This document shows positions 10,623 to 23,440 of a DNA stretch of 64,000 nt, one piece after another. Source of the DNA: Amphiscolops sp. MND2022 (lineage: Eukaryota); NCBI GenBank assembly GCA_964187785.1, contig OZ076421.1, positions 10,416,001-10,480,000 on the forward strand. Direction: 5' to 3'. The translations under genes were made by a program, and so were the position numbers. The notes beneath the pieces were generated by a model. It was given only the letters and a program-made list of their open reading frames with translations. It did not search any database and was not told the origin of the DNA. Each line of letters starts with the position of its first letter. Position 1 is the stretch's first letter.

Positions 10623-13337
10623 TCAATTTTCTTCGTCTGAGTCTTCTCCACGATTGTCACTGTTTTCTTTTCTTGGTTCTTGACTACCGCTGCATCGGCT
10701 GCTGGTGTTTCCGGAGCTGCTCCCCGACTGGGCCTCACTGAATTCAGAGCGGGCTACCGGATCTTCATAGTCGAACATTAACTGCTCGAAGGGATGAATT
10801 GTTTTACTTGCTCGGAGGACAACATAACGTTGATTGTTGTCGGCAAATACAGTGACATCAGTGGACTTCATATTGGCTTCTAAAACTGAGTGATTGGCAA
10901 GGCGACCCATACATCTACTATCAGGGTGGACAGGACACGTTTCCGCGGAGGCATTGATTATCCTTCGGCCAGGTCCTTTGACTTCAAGACAAAACTCCCG
11001 TTTAACACCTTCAATGGCGGATACTTCGTCCATTGATGTCTTGAGGAAAACCTGCCCGTGGTAATCAATGACGACTTCATTTTTCTGGAAAACTCGGGTG
11101 GCAACGATTCCTCGTCCAAACTTGCTAAATGAAACTTGCGTGACTCCGGGCCATTTTTGAGATCGACATCTCTCCATAAGCGAAGTTTGATCTTCAAACT
11201 CCATATTGCTTGCCAATCCTTTGTAATAAATCTTCTGAATTGCCTTGTTCGTTTCTACTTTTGGGGTAATAAATATTGGGAGCACAAGTAGATAAACTTT
11301 TCTCAGGTCTTGGTTGCCGTCATTCTGCGTCGTCCACTTCTGTCGATGGAAATAGCTCTTCAGTCTCATTTCCAACGAAGCAAGGTCAGTTTTTCCATTC
11401 ATATGCTTGAAAAAAGCATGGGCACGAGCTGATTGGCGGGCATATCTCTGTCGATCCTGGTGCCTTCTCACCGCCGACTGCACGACCTGGTAGTCCAAGG
11501 CAATGTCCAGAGTCTGCCAAATTGCTCTAGTTTGGACCTTCAACTTAGGGAGTACTGCTTCAGTGTCGTTTGCGATGGGCAACACAACATGAAGGTGCCG
11601 TTCCAATTCCCACAGCGGGCTAGCACAGTGTTTCAGTACCTGTTTAAAACGATACCAACATTAAATTGTGTCTAAATGCATTCTGAATTAATGATATCAA
11701 CAGTGTACGTGTCACAGATAGATCGACCCCCGATTGGTACCAAAAACTAGCAAAACTAGCTCTACAATATAAATTGTCCCAGTTTCCACGGATTTTCAGT
11801 ATAATTTGACTTGCTCAAAGAAAGCAATGCGGAAAGCAAGACCATATCTTTAAACACATGGCGTGGAAACCAGATACAAATCTTAATACATTGCGAACTT
11901 TCACTCAAAGGGGTGTACACATTATTGCGCGTTACCATGAATGTCCTGGATTCCACGGTTTTAAGTTTGAATTGACTTACTCAAAGAATGCATTGCGGAA
12001 AACAAGACCATATCTTTAAACACATGGCGTGGAAACCAAATACAAATCTTAATACATTGCGAACTTTCACTCAAAGGGGTATACACATTATTGTGCGTTG
12101 CCATAAATGTCCTAGTTTGAACGGTTTTTGAGTATAAAACGGCTCGCTTTTAAAAGTCTTCGAGAAAAAAAGACCATATCTTTGAACACGTGGTGAAAAT
12201 CGAATACAAATCCTAACTCATAGTTCTATTCAAAGGGGTATGATGATGATTTGTTTATACATACCGACTCCATATATTGGTCAACAACGTGGCTAGGTCG
12301 GAAGTTGGATTTCCCAGCTGAGTTCACAAAAACCAATTCGGTGTACAGGATCCGATTGTCTGTCTCACTCAGCAGTCTTTCGAAAGGAGTCCCCTCACCG
12401 TGGTCCAGAAATTCGCTTCGAACACTCACGAAGTAGTCCACAAAGCCTTCCAATAACCATCGTGGTATATTGTAGCACGTTTTTCTGGCGCACCTCTCCG
12501 CTACATCTATCTCAAGCACGAAAGAGGCATTTTGGTCGTCTGATTCTTTCATCTGAACTGCTGCCTGCGCCACGGCGTGGACAGTCACATTGCTGACCTC
12601 CCGATCCAGAAAACCCAAGAATATTAAAACGTAAGCCATTAGACTTCGGAAGAACCCTATTTGGACCTTTTTCGTAGCCAGAATTCTCTTACTGCAACGC
12701 GATACATTCTCTGTTATTGTCCATTTAATGAAAGACTCCACTGTATCGGTTTTGTAATCAGGCTTCTTCTTCTTGGCGGGAACAGTCTAAAAAATGGAGA
12801 GTTTTCAAAAAGTGTCTTTATTGTATTTAAAACTGATAACGCATCCTCCAGGAATTAAAAAGTAAATTGGTTTCTATGAAACGTAACCCTTAATTGGAAC
12901 GCAAAATTTGAACAATATGTATTCAGAAGTTTTACTATACTTACCATATCAACTGGTGGGGGCATTGGACGTTTGTTTGCTACATTATCGGAGCTTGGAT
13001 GTCCATTGGACGGTTTTGGAGGAATTATGATCTCAGCTGGTAATTCGCTCTGATTGTTTAAAAACTCGTTTATGACCTCTTCAGCTTCAGTCGGGAGATG
13101 TTCCGTTATTATTCCATCCTCATTGAAGCTGAATTCAGGTGGCTCTTGGAGGCGGAACGGAGTGCTGTTGAGTGGCCCGCCGGGTGTTTGGCTAAACATC
13201 ACGGGCGATACCAGGGGCGTGAACAAACCAGAAGGAGTTTGCATTTGGGTTAATGTCAGAGGCGTAGACATGTCCGCGGAAGACGGTGTTGGAATTGGGG
13301 GCATCGACAAAGGCAGCGAGGTTTTATTTTGTTCCAT
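10623..13337 (-). CDS. Intact 3-exon gene (exons 13337-12945, 12786-12265, 11639-10623; about 643 aa): Pro/Ser/Thr-rich N-terminus, degenerate tyrosine-recombinase-like core, C-terminal SETD8/PR-Set7-like SET domain
   Basis: GT-AG phase-0 junctions join three open frames. SET motifs GRGIVAT, VIDYHG, GRLANHS and EQLMFDY are present. The YR-like segment is AYVLIFLGFLDREVSNVTVHAVAQA...VFVNSAGK, without the catalytic R or the downstream HxxR/H/Y. Confidence 0.85.
11725..12215 (+). repeat. 166-bp tandem array 1 (about 3 units) headed by motif A, inside intron 2 of the SET gene
   Basis: Unit TTCCACGGTTTTAAGTTTGAATTGACTTACTCAAAGAATGCAATGCGGAAAACAAGACCATATC... repeats with a 166-bp period. Confidence 0.9.
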
Positions 13338-13635
13338 TTAGTAAAGTTAGATTTTCTATTTTGACGGTCTGATTTTCAGAGACGATTTCAAGATAATGAT
13401 TGTAGATTTCGAATATTTGTTGATATGAATTACGATAATATCTGATATTTAGTAATTAGTAGTGCCATATCCGGCTGTGCAACCGAAAACCTCAATCTTA
13501 AATGAGGCATGTAAAAAGCGTTATTTCGGAATGAGGCTAGTGTCTTCATTTCCAATTATTCCTAATAGTGCACCTGCTTCGTAATTAGGTGACGATTAGC
13601 TGTAATTAATTTGGGATGCAACCAATCTCGTTAGC

Positions 13636-13955
13636 GTCTTCTTTAACGCTCATCCCATCAACATTCATCACTTAAAAGGTCTACATATTCTATTAGTTTC
13701 GAGCTTTAAAATAAAGTCTTCTTTAACGCTCATCCCATCAACATTCACCACATAAGGGGTTTACACATTCTATTAGTTTCGAGCTTTAAAATAAAGTCTT
13801 CTTTAACGCTCATCCCATCAATATTCACCACATAAGGGGTCTACATGTTTTATTAGTTTCGAGCTTTCAAATAAAGTCTTCTTTAACGCTCATCCCATCA
13901 ACATTCACCACATAAGGTGTCTACACATTCTATTAGTTTCGAGCTTTAAAATAAA
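13636..13955 (+). repeat. 4 x 80-bp tandem repeat in the divergent promoter between the YR-SET and Tudor-like genes
   Basis: GTCTTCTTTAACGCTCATCCCATC starts at 13636, 13716, 13796 and 13876; the array ends at the ATG at 13957. Confidence 0.95.
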
Positions 13956-13956
13956 A

Positions 13957-15194
13957 ATGCTTCTCCAAACCTTCTATGAAAATGAAGTTGTGCAAATCTT
14001 GGATCCTGCGACATCAATTTGGGAATCAGCGAAAATAATTTCCTTTGTGAGCGATTGGTGTGTAAGAATTAAATGGGTCGATTGGTCTTACAATAAAAAA
14101 GAAGATATCACTGTTCCCGAAGTATACAGACCTGACAAAAATTACTGGAATTTTAGAAAATCCCACAATCTTGTCCGCGAAGAAACTGTGAGCAACAAAA
14201 GACGGTCAACACCTCTTAGCTACAACGCTCGTCGACTGGTCAGAAACGATCAAATTTACTTTTGGCAACCAGAATGTAACTGTGTAGATAGCGAAAGATG
14301 CCAAGAGGACCGTTGCTGCGGGTCAGTTGTGATGGGTTGGGTAAAAATTAATGACCCTTTCTGTCAACAATGTTTGATAACCGACGTGGAGGACAATGAT
14401 GAGTATGTTTCGTATCGCCAACTAAGAAATAAACCTTGTGTAAGAGACACTGAACCAGAAATTGATGAAACTGAACAAGATCATGAATCAGGATCTGACG
14501 TACATCGCCCATTCGTCAAGAAGCAAGCCCGTGTGACAAGCGCCACCCAACCGATGCCACAAGTCGACATTCTTTCCTTGCTTCCCAGTGTTGACGATGT
14601 CGTTGAATTAACATATGCACCCTGTGAAAATGATATCATAAAGGTAATGTTTTCTTGCTTTTTTGCTTACAAACTTTGCTTTTGAATTTTGATAACCCTG
14701 GATTGGCACCAAATTTTTCAAAGTATTTTTCCCACCAAATATTTGTTCAATCTTTTTATTTTCAGGTGGGATCTATTGCATCTTACGCAAATGATGATTT
14801 TGAAATCAAGAAGATTTAATATGATCATCAGAAGAGAAAAGCATGTGCATTCATGCAGAGCAGAAGTGACCCTGACATTGAAGTGCGCATCCCGACAATT
14901 CGTGTTGTCACAACAACATCTTCTAAAGGCGATGTAATGGATTTTAATTCGCTTCTGGAGCCCATGGACCAAGTCTATGCTTTGTTTTCTGCAATAAAAC
15001 GAATGGTGGGACTCTCAAGAAAGAAGCATTCCTTAACTGCAACATTAGTTCCCTGTACCCCACTGACAAAAAACTCTGTGGCTTCGAAACTGGCAATCTC
15101 AAAGAGGCCGTTAAGTATAGTTTTGCAAACCAAGAGGGACATAAATGGTGCAACGGTACATGGGATACTGTACTTGGAAGAAATTGGGATATGA
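13957..15194 (+). CDS. Tandem Tudor/Agenet-like (royal family) protein; exons 13957-14643 and 14766-15194, premature TAA at 14817
   Basis: FYENEVVQILDPATSIWESAKIISFVSDWCVRIKWVDW fits a Tudor-like beta barrel with aromatic residues. A second barrel-like unit is VMGWVKINDPF...YVSYRQL. A phase-0 GT-AG intron joins the exons. Confidence 0.5.
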
Positions 15195-15574
15195 TCCCAT
15201 GTCACGCAAGCGATGGAGAAGATGTTCTTATCAAGACAATGAGGTTCATTGAACATCAAGAATTTGGCATGTTCACGATTCGTGTCCAGTTTTTGTCAAG
15301 CCAAGGCCACTACAAAAACAGCCAATATAGAGATCTGAGTCGAAATGTACCTGTCTCAGATGCATGAAATACTCTTAAATACTCCTGAATTTTAAAAAAA
15401 CTTTCTATTCGTGTTTGATCATTTTTTGTTTGTTCAACAATTTATCTTTCATCATTATTAGTAATTATTACAATATAAGCTCCATGACCTTGTATTCTTG
15501 AAAATTCTTGAGAAAAGTCTTAGACTATCGAATTACTTTATTCTGAAATGTAATGCACTTGTCACATATAGATC

Positions 15575-16085
15575 AACCCCTGATTGGTACCAAAAATGAT
15601 ACAATCTCAACAATATCCGGGATTTTATTTGCATGTTTTCCAACTTTTTTCAGGAAATTTGATTTGCATCAAAAAGCAATGCGGAAAACAAGGACACATC
15701 CTAAAAAACATGGCATGAAATCCAAACACAAATCGTAATGCATTGCTCAATTCTGTTCGTCTCGGTTTCCACGGATTTTCAGTAAAATTTGACTTGCTCG
15801 AAGAATGCAATGCGGAAATCAAGACCATATCTTTAAACACATGCCGTGGAAACCAAATACAAATCTTAATACATTGCGAACTTTCACTCAAAGGGGTATG
15901 TATGTATGCAGACACCGGATTGCGCATTACCATAAATGTCCTGGTTTCCACGGTATTTAAGTGAAAATTGACTTGCTCAAAGAAAGCAAGGCGGAAAACA
16001 AGGACATATCTTTAAACGCATGGCGTGGAAACCAAACACAAGTCCTAATACGTTGCTCAATTTCATTCGAAGGGGCGTAGTCATG
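15575..16085 (+). repeat. 166-bp tandem array 2 (degenerate units) headed by motif A
   Basis: Same unit as 11784-12215, preceded by AACCCCTGATTGGTACCAAAA. Confidence 0.85.
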
Positions 16086-16478
16086 GTTTTCAGAAAATAA
16101 TCAAACAATTTTTGTTTTTCTTTTTTTATTACCTTTTGAGTATTTCCAATCAGATAACACTTTACCAAGATGAAACAAACAGTCCTGAGAAGTGAAAACT
16201 TCTAATTACGAGTGATAAGACTTAATGGAAGACTCTTTTGCATCTGATTGAGATTATTGACAAAATGGCCTTGGGTGATATGGACTCAAATTATTAAAGT
16301 ATAATTGAACCGTAATTCATCAGTTTAATGAAGAGACTCAAAACCGGACTCATTTCACTTGTGGGTTTGTGTATCTAATTGCATTTCATTTTATTGTATG
16401 GTAAGGGTTGCAGTCTGACAAATGTTCTACAATCTATACAATTTCACTTTGCAATAAACCTAAAAACCAGCTTTAGAA

Positions 16479-19400
16479 ATGACTCCACTGTCAATGTGGG
16501 AAAGAAATATTATCGAAGCGGAAAATGGGAAATTCTTCGCTAACTGTCGACTTTTTGACGATATATCCGGAAAAGAAATACCGAATAAGTTTCGGAAGTT
16601 CGAGACACTTGTTGGGGAAATGTTGACTGGGACAAATTTAAATTCAAAAGAATTCATTCGAAGAATTGCTGTTAAAGGCCAGAAAACTCCCCCTGTAGTT
16701 GTAGCAGCAAAATTGGCAAAACTACTTGTACTGCGTGGATTTAAAGACTTCCCTTGGAACTCAGCCAGAAGAGAGTTTGTCAGTTTGTTTTTCAATAATG
16801 ATGTCATACCATATCACAATCTTTACATGAAAGACACCCTTGTGACACCTGCAGATGCGACTCCTGAAGATTCGGCCCCTGAAGGTCAAGTCAGTGACAA
16901 TTCTCTCTCAAAAGAAAGAAAGCTAGAAATATCAGACGCCAAAAAAGTCAAACATGAACAAACTGATCCAATTAGAACAGATCTGATGTCAGAAGTTGGG
17001 TTCAACAGTTTCATGAAAAAAATCAAAAGCTCTGCAAATAAGAGAAAAGATCAACGATTCACAAAAAAGAGGACCCAAACTTAGTCAAAAAAATTGTAGA
17101 TCTTTTCGAAAAAAGAGAATCTACTGATGAGTTCAGGCACCATTTATCTCTTGTTACGAAAACGGGTAACACGGAAGATGTTATAAAAGTTATTCGAACA
17201 AGACTTTCAATTGTTGGACTCGGATACAATTTAGTCCCATGCATTCGATTGGTCAAGAAGTCAACATCCGAAATTCAGTCCTACTTTACAGCAATGTGTG
17301 AGCCAGAAAGAACCTTTTCTGGTTTTCGCTGCAACCTGATAAAATGCGTGGAGACGGTGTCATACTTCTTGTTTGGAACGAAAGAACTCAATGGCCAACG
17401 AGTTGATATCTGGGGAGATGGTTGTGAAATTGGAGGTGTCGAAACAACACGAATTGCATTCCGGATCCTTACTGACAAAATGAAGTGTCAATCATCCGAT
17501 GCAGTATTCTGTTTTGCTGCATACAGGGGTAAAGATAGTAGATCCGCAATGGAGCAAAACCTTGGACCAACTATAGCTGGAGTTCAAGAGTCTGGTTGGC
17601 TTTTTATGAAGACCCTGGAACTATCAAAACGCGGAGTTAATTTAACATACAGTGGCGATTCGCCGTTTTTAATGAGATTGGTGCTCGGAATCACAAATGA
17701 ATCAGCTAGCCCATCGAAAATGCCACTCTATATAACAGAACTTGATTACACACCAACAAAATGTCATCATGAAACTGGTCTACGATCTGATGTTATTATA
17801 CCCTTCAGAACGGATCTTCCAAAATCTTCCTTGGTCTTCTACGAAAATATACAATCAGTTTGTCCTGATGCCACGCATATGACCACCCTGTGTTGAAAAT
17901 GACCTCCAAAGAATTGCACAGAAAATTATCAGAGAAAAGCATCCTAATCATGATGTAGCAATTCGCCAGCTTGAAGAAAACTTGACAAGAAGAGATGCGA
18001 AGAGACCATACTTTCAGTTCAACATATCTCATAGAAGTGGTTCGTGTATCGGTACTGTAGGTGCAGTATCCCTCTCAGGTGGTAGTGCTCTAGCGGTCAT
18101 TGCTGATAAAGAGGAGCTTGCAGGTGCAAAAGACGGTAAAATTAGCGATCTTTACCATGGTGTTTGGGGTCCCGAAGATATCATTGTTGGCAGTGAAGAA
18201 AACGCAAATGTCCCTTGCGTTAACATCCTAGGAAACTGGTTTCCTAAACTTTTCAATAAAGATAACCCCAAGCAAAAAGAGTCCAATGACAAATTCATAT
18301 CTGCTTTTGATGCTTGCGAACTCCTGCGATCGAGTTTAAACCAATGTGTTTTATGTCTGCGAGCAGAAGAATTCAACAGTGAAACGTTCAAAAAATGGGC
18401 TGAAGTTTATTACCAAACCAATATCTTGATATTCGGGCATGCCGGTTTGACACCTTATAAATTGAAAATGCTGATGTTTCCTCAATTTGTTGAGAGTGGA
18501 TATATAAAAAGACCATTTGATCATTTGTGTGAAGGTCTTGAAAAATCGAACCACCAAGCTAATCGTGGCTTTCAGACAAAGACAATGCGCGGAGGAGGTA
18601 AGATCTATCACAAGGATCCACTATTCCTCGAGTCGTCCTTTTCTTTCTTGAAATTTTTAAGATTCGCAGTTGAAGTTGAAGACAAAGGGTCGGACGCTGA
18701 ACCAACTTCTAAGATTATCATGGAACCTGAACAAGACGCAACAACAGAGGTCTACTTTGATGACCATAATATGACTGGAAACAGAAAGATCTATCAGACA
18801 GTTTCGAACAGTACCACAAACAGCGTAATGAGTATACTTCATAGTGCAACAAAAGTGATGGACATTGACGTTCCGGGACCTGAGTACCTTGATATTTGCC
18901 GCATAGAACCACCGTTAACAACTATCGCCATTGGATGTCAAGAAAATCCTTTAAGTGGATTAAGATTTTGTCTGCTTGGTCGCTTGGGTACTTGGAAAAA
19001 ACATACTCTAACACATGACATGGTGAAACAATTGATCATCAATATGGGAGGAACTGTTCTAGAAAATGAACAAGCTGACGTGTTGATGAGCACCCATTCA
19101 CAGCTCCCCAATTGTTTTGTTCTCGTCAAGGACGAAAAAGACTGAATCTTAGGTACCGGTTCCACAGAGGAAATTAATGACATGAAGAAACCAAGGAAAA
19201 GAGGGTCATCAGCAACACGGGAGGGTGGAAATGAACCATCACAATATTCCAAAATAGCAAAACCATTCGCAGCTGGGGGTTTCAAATTCTTGAATATCGA
19301 ATTTTTATCTGAAGTTGACGAGAAAAAAATGCTGATTGACCCGGAGCCATACATTCTTCAGCCCGGATCCAAACTTGTTGAAAATCGTGTCAACGACAAA

Positions 19401-19511
19401 AGACCTTTGTTCTTGGACCAATGCAGTGGAAAAACACTGGGTGAAGGTGTATCTGCGATTGTCGCTCTCAAGAGATACCGTGATGGCACTTTTAAACAAC
19501 TTTCGTTTTGA
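16479..19511 (+). pseudogene. Transib/RAG1-like DDE transposase with C-terminal BRCT domain (frameshifts near 17075 and 17890, stop at 19143)
   Basis: Motifs in order: DIWGDGC (D1), SGDSPFL (D2), CPDATHM (DxxH, compare RAG1 IDALH), LTPYKLK, CEGLEKSNH (E, compare RAG1 SEGNESGNK). BRCT: LSGLRFCLLG...VKQLIINMGGTV. Paralog at 59368-62815. Confidence 0.8.
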
Positions 19512-19714
19512 TTTACTGTTCTCTTCTAATTCATATGTTACCCGAACTTGAAACTATTCAATAAATTCTTCAAAAATAAGTATTTTCATTAGGTTTATTG
19601 TGATGCTCCTACGAAACTAGTTTTACATATCAATGATTGGTGTCAAAAAGCACACAATTTTGGGCTCCGTTTCGGCAAACTTTCGTTTGTCTTGGTTTCC
19701 ACAAATTGAATGCG

Positions 19715-20072
19715 CATTACCACAAATGTCCTAGTTTCCACGGTTTCAAGTTTGAATTGACTTACTCAAAGAATGCAATGCGGAAAACAAGACCATATCT
19801 TTAAACACATGGCGTGGAAACCAAATACAAATCTTAATACATTGCGAACTTTCACTCAAAGGGGTATACACATCATTGCGCGTTACCATGAATGTCCTAG
19901 TTTCCACAGTTTTAAGTTTGAATTGACTTACTCAAAGAATGCAATGCGGAAAACAAGACCATATCTTTAAACACACGGCGTGGAAACCAAATACAAATCT
20001 TAATACATTGCGAACTTTCACTCAAAGGGGTATACACATTATTGCGCGTTACCATAAATGTCCTTGTTTCCA
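19715..20072 (+). repeat. 166-bp tandem array 3
   Basis: GTTTCCA starts at 19734 and 19900 (period 166). Confidence 0.9.
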
Positions 20073-20937
20073 TTGAGTTTTTAACTAGCGGAAATTCACT
20101 GTTGAGGTATACTCCTGATTTTTCTCCTATTATTCTTGCATAATCTTGGAAATTATTGCATTAGACGTCCAAACGTTTCAAAGCATGTTTTGAATAATTG
20201 AGAATTTTTTTCAATTCATTTTCCAATTAAACTTCTTGCGCTCGTCACTGAATAAAACAGATTGTAAGGTATTTGGCAGTTTTGTCATTTATTTGTATGA
20301 TACTGAAAATCTAAATCTGAATCTACAGTTTAATCTAAATCTAAAATATCTAGTTCAAGGGGGATTGAGCGGATTCCCGTAATGGCAGCAACAAGAGGAC
20401 AGCGTTTTGGGTGCAAAGATGGATCTACCACCTTTGCCGGCAAGAGAGTTTTTCCCTTGCCTTTAACATGGGTAACCATCATTGCAGGTTTTGACTCGAG
20501 TTCTAGTAGATCCGTTGTCGTCATTACTTCCTCGTAGCTTTTCGTGTAGGGGTCAACAGCGATGGGCACATGCTCTGGAACAGTAAGAGCCTTACTGGGG
20601 TCAGTATTCTTCTCGGGATGCTCTCTCAAATAACTGCGGCTGCTGCTTGGTGGCTCACGCAGTGTCACTGAAGCTCTTTTTTGGCCCAGTAGGATGAAGT
20701 CTTTCAGGACTGAAATCGGGTAGCACCTGTAAAACGTAAAAATCAAACTTTAAACCTGGAGAGCAAACTTTCAATTGAAAAATCCGAAATATTTTTGGTA
20801 TAGTTCTTGTTTATTGACTTAGAAGCACAAAATTTCACTCAGTTGCGTTTTACTTGCATGTATATCAGTCAGACATGAATGTAGAGGATGATCAATTGAA
20901 AAAAGCAAGACTTGTTCATAAACATAAGTTTTTGAAC

Positions 20938-21153
20938 TAGAAAATGACCCTCGATTGGAACCAAAATGGAAATGATTGAAAATGGAAAATAGAAGTTTTG
21001 TTACCAAACAAAACTGAAGGCTTAACAATCTTACTTCACCGAACTTTTCGAACTAAAAAATGACCTTCGATTGGAACCAAAATGGAGATGATTGAAAATG
21101 GAAAATTGAAGTTTTGTGACCAAACAAGAGTGAAGGCTTAACAATCTTACTTC
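20938..21153 (+). repeat. Two ~115-bp tandem units each carrying motif A (JmjC intron)
   Basis: GACC(C/T)TCGATTGGAACCAAAATGG...CTTAACAATCTTACTTCAC duplicated. Confidence 0.9.
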
Positions 21154-22188
21154 ACGGGCGGCGTGTTCATTGTATAGTGATTGCACTGTGCTGTACATCG
21201 ACACCAGGCGTCGACAGAGTCGAGGGCACAGCTTTTCGGCAATACGGTACATCAGAAGTACCAACATCTCTGGAAGATCAGGGAACTTGTCATCGGATCT
21301 TCTCGGGAACTCGACGATGATTGAGTGTCTTATCATGGGCAGGTGCCCGAACGCCAGGAAGTTCGTTCCCAACGAAATGGCATTGCCTTTCGTAAGTACA
21401 AAGTAGAGGAAATTTGCGGGCATGACTAGAACATCTCCAGCTGTGACATGCAACCGCAAACATCCCTCTTCCAGCTGGTCGATGTTCCCGAAGAATGTTG
21501 GCCTGAAAGTAAAAGTACATCGAAGTTGCTTTTCTATTTATTTGACATCAATAGAAGTAAACTAGAAAAAAGTTTAAATATTTGAAAAGAGACGTTAAAT
21601 GCTTGCTTGTTGTTTTCCATCACCAAAAAATGTTAGTCAAAAAGTATAATTGTTTGTTTTTGAAAATAGAACAGTGTTCTTGAAGACAATAAAGTTGGTG
21701 TATTAGTTAAGTTTTGTTACTTACGTAGTGTCGTTCTCAGCATTCGACCATCTTTCAAAAATACTGAGGTTTTTCTTCGACGGTTTCACTAAGAAGAAAA
21801 TCTTCTCTCCAGTTAGAACTGTGTAAAACACAGACGTCGAAGAATAATCCTGATGCCACGTCGTGTGCGCAGAATCTTGAGTGACCAGGACATAATAGGA
21901 AGTAGAACAAGAGTAGGGCTCGGTTCTCGACTTCCCGATCTCCCTGTCTGCCAAATGGTTGATGGAGTTGTCAGCCACCATCTTGGGTACTGTGTATATG
22001 GCCTTGGGGAGTGTCCTGACATCGATGACGTTTAGAGGGTAATACCGACTGCCTGGATGACAGTTGGCCAGCTCCACGAAAAACTCGTCATACGTCATTT
22101 CTCGTGTCTGCAAAAAAACATCTATTAAATGATGCTAGGCAAGGTTCTAATTCATGTTATCAACAGTATACTTATCACAGGTAGATCG

Positions 22189-22700
22189 GACCTGGATTGG
22201 TACCAAAACGAACTCGACATAACTGTCCCAGTTTCCACGGATTTTCAGTATAATTTGACTTGCTCAAAGAAAGCATTGCGGAAAGCAAGACCATATCTTT
22301 AAACACATGGCGTGGAAACCACATACAAATCCTAATACATTGCGAACTTTCACTCAAAGGGGTATACACATTATTGCGCGTTACCATGAATGTCCTAGAT
22401 TCCACGGTTTTAAGTTTGAATTGACTTACTCAAAGAATGCAATGCGGAAAACAAGACCATATCTTTAAACACATGGCGTGGAAACCAAATACAAATCTTA
22501 ATACATTGCGAACTTTCACTCAAAGGGGTATACACATCATTGCGCGTTACCAGGAATGTCCTAGTTTCCACGGTTTTAAGTTTGAATTGACTTACTCAAA
22601 GAATGCAATGCGGAAAACAAGACCATATCTTTAAACACACGGCGTGGAAACCAGATACAAATCCTAATACATTGCAGAACCTCACTTGAAGGGGTATACC
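22189..22700 (+). repeat. 166-bp tandem array 4 headed by motif A, inside a JmjC intron
   Basis: Same unit, about 3 copies. Confidence 0.9.
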
Positions 22701-23289
22701 CATGGTTTGTGTTTTGGAAAAACTAAATTCGGTTTTACTAAATGCTAAACATGGTTCAAACGAGTAAAAAGTGTTTTTTACCTCTCCGATTCTGGCTGAC
22801 TTGACTTCAATTGGAGCATCAGGTTCAGCAAGGTTGACCGGTCGCAGAAGCCGTTCGATCTCCGCGACAAAGCCTTTTTTCGCGGAGAATTTTGGGATTT
22901 TCAGTCCTGTGCAATGCTTGGCTCCATTTCTCCAAATCAAGGGGACACCATGTCGAAGAAGGTGACCAAGGTGTTCGGTTTGATTGTCATGGGGACCCTG
23001 CCACTCAGCGTAGGAAAATTGACAATCCAGAGGCACGTTTTCGCAAAATGCGAAGTGCTCTTGGGTGCCAAATGGGGCCGCTGGAGTCCCAGAATTGAAT
23101 GTCAAATCAAGTGGCATCGGTGGTTGGGCAATTTGACATTTGACTGATCTCGCAATGTGGTTCCTTAGGCTGTAGCCGTACCCGAATGAGGTCCCACACG
23201 AAATGCAGAAATGACGGCTTCTTTTTTTCCTCTCGCAGCTTCTGTAATTTCAAAGACAATTTATCAAATGAATTTTTTCTCGTGAATTT

Positions 23290-23440
23290 CATTCATGGTA
23301 TGACCCATGATTGGAACCAAAAATCTTCCAAGATTTCATGAATGCTTTAATAGTATGACCCATTATTGGAACCAAAAATCTTCCAAAGATTTTATGAATG
23401 CTTTCATGGTATGACCCATGATTGGAACCAAAATCCTTCT
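23290..23440 (+). repeat. 3 x ~56-bp tandem units each carrying motif A
   Basis: GACCCAT(G/T)ATTGGAACCAAAA at 23302, 23357 and 23413. Confidence 0.95.

Noticed and set aside
12265-12786. Active tyrosine recombinase (Crypton/DIRS-type) as the mobilising enzyme
   Set aside because: The catalytic R, HxxR, H/W and Y motifs are absent in both paralogs; the DDE protein is the better candidate.
11762-22634. Recurrent short ORFs (11762, 15625, 19773, 22175, 22437) with near-identical translations
   Set aside because: They are translations of the 166-bp tandem unit on either strand.
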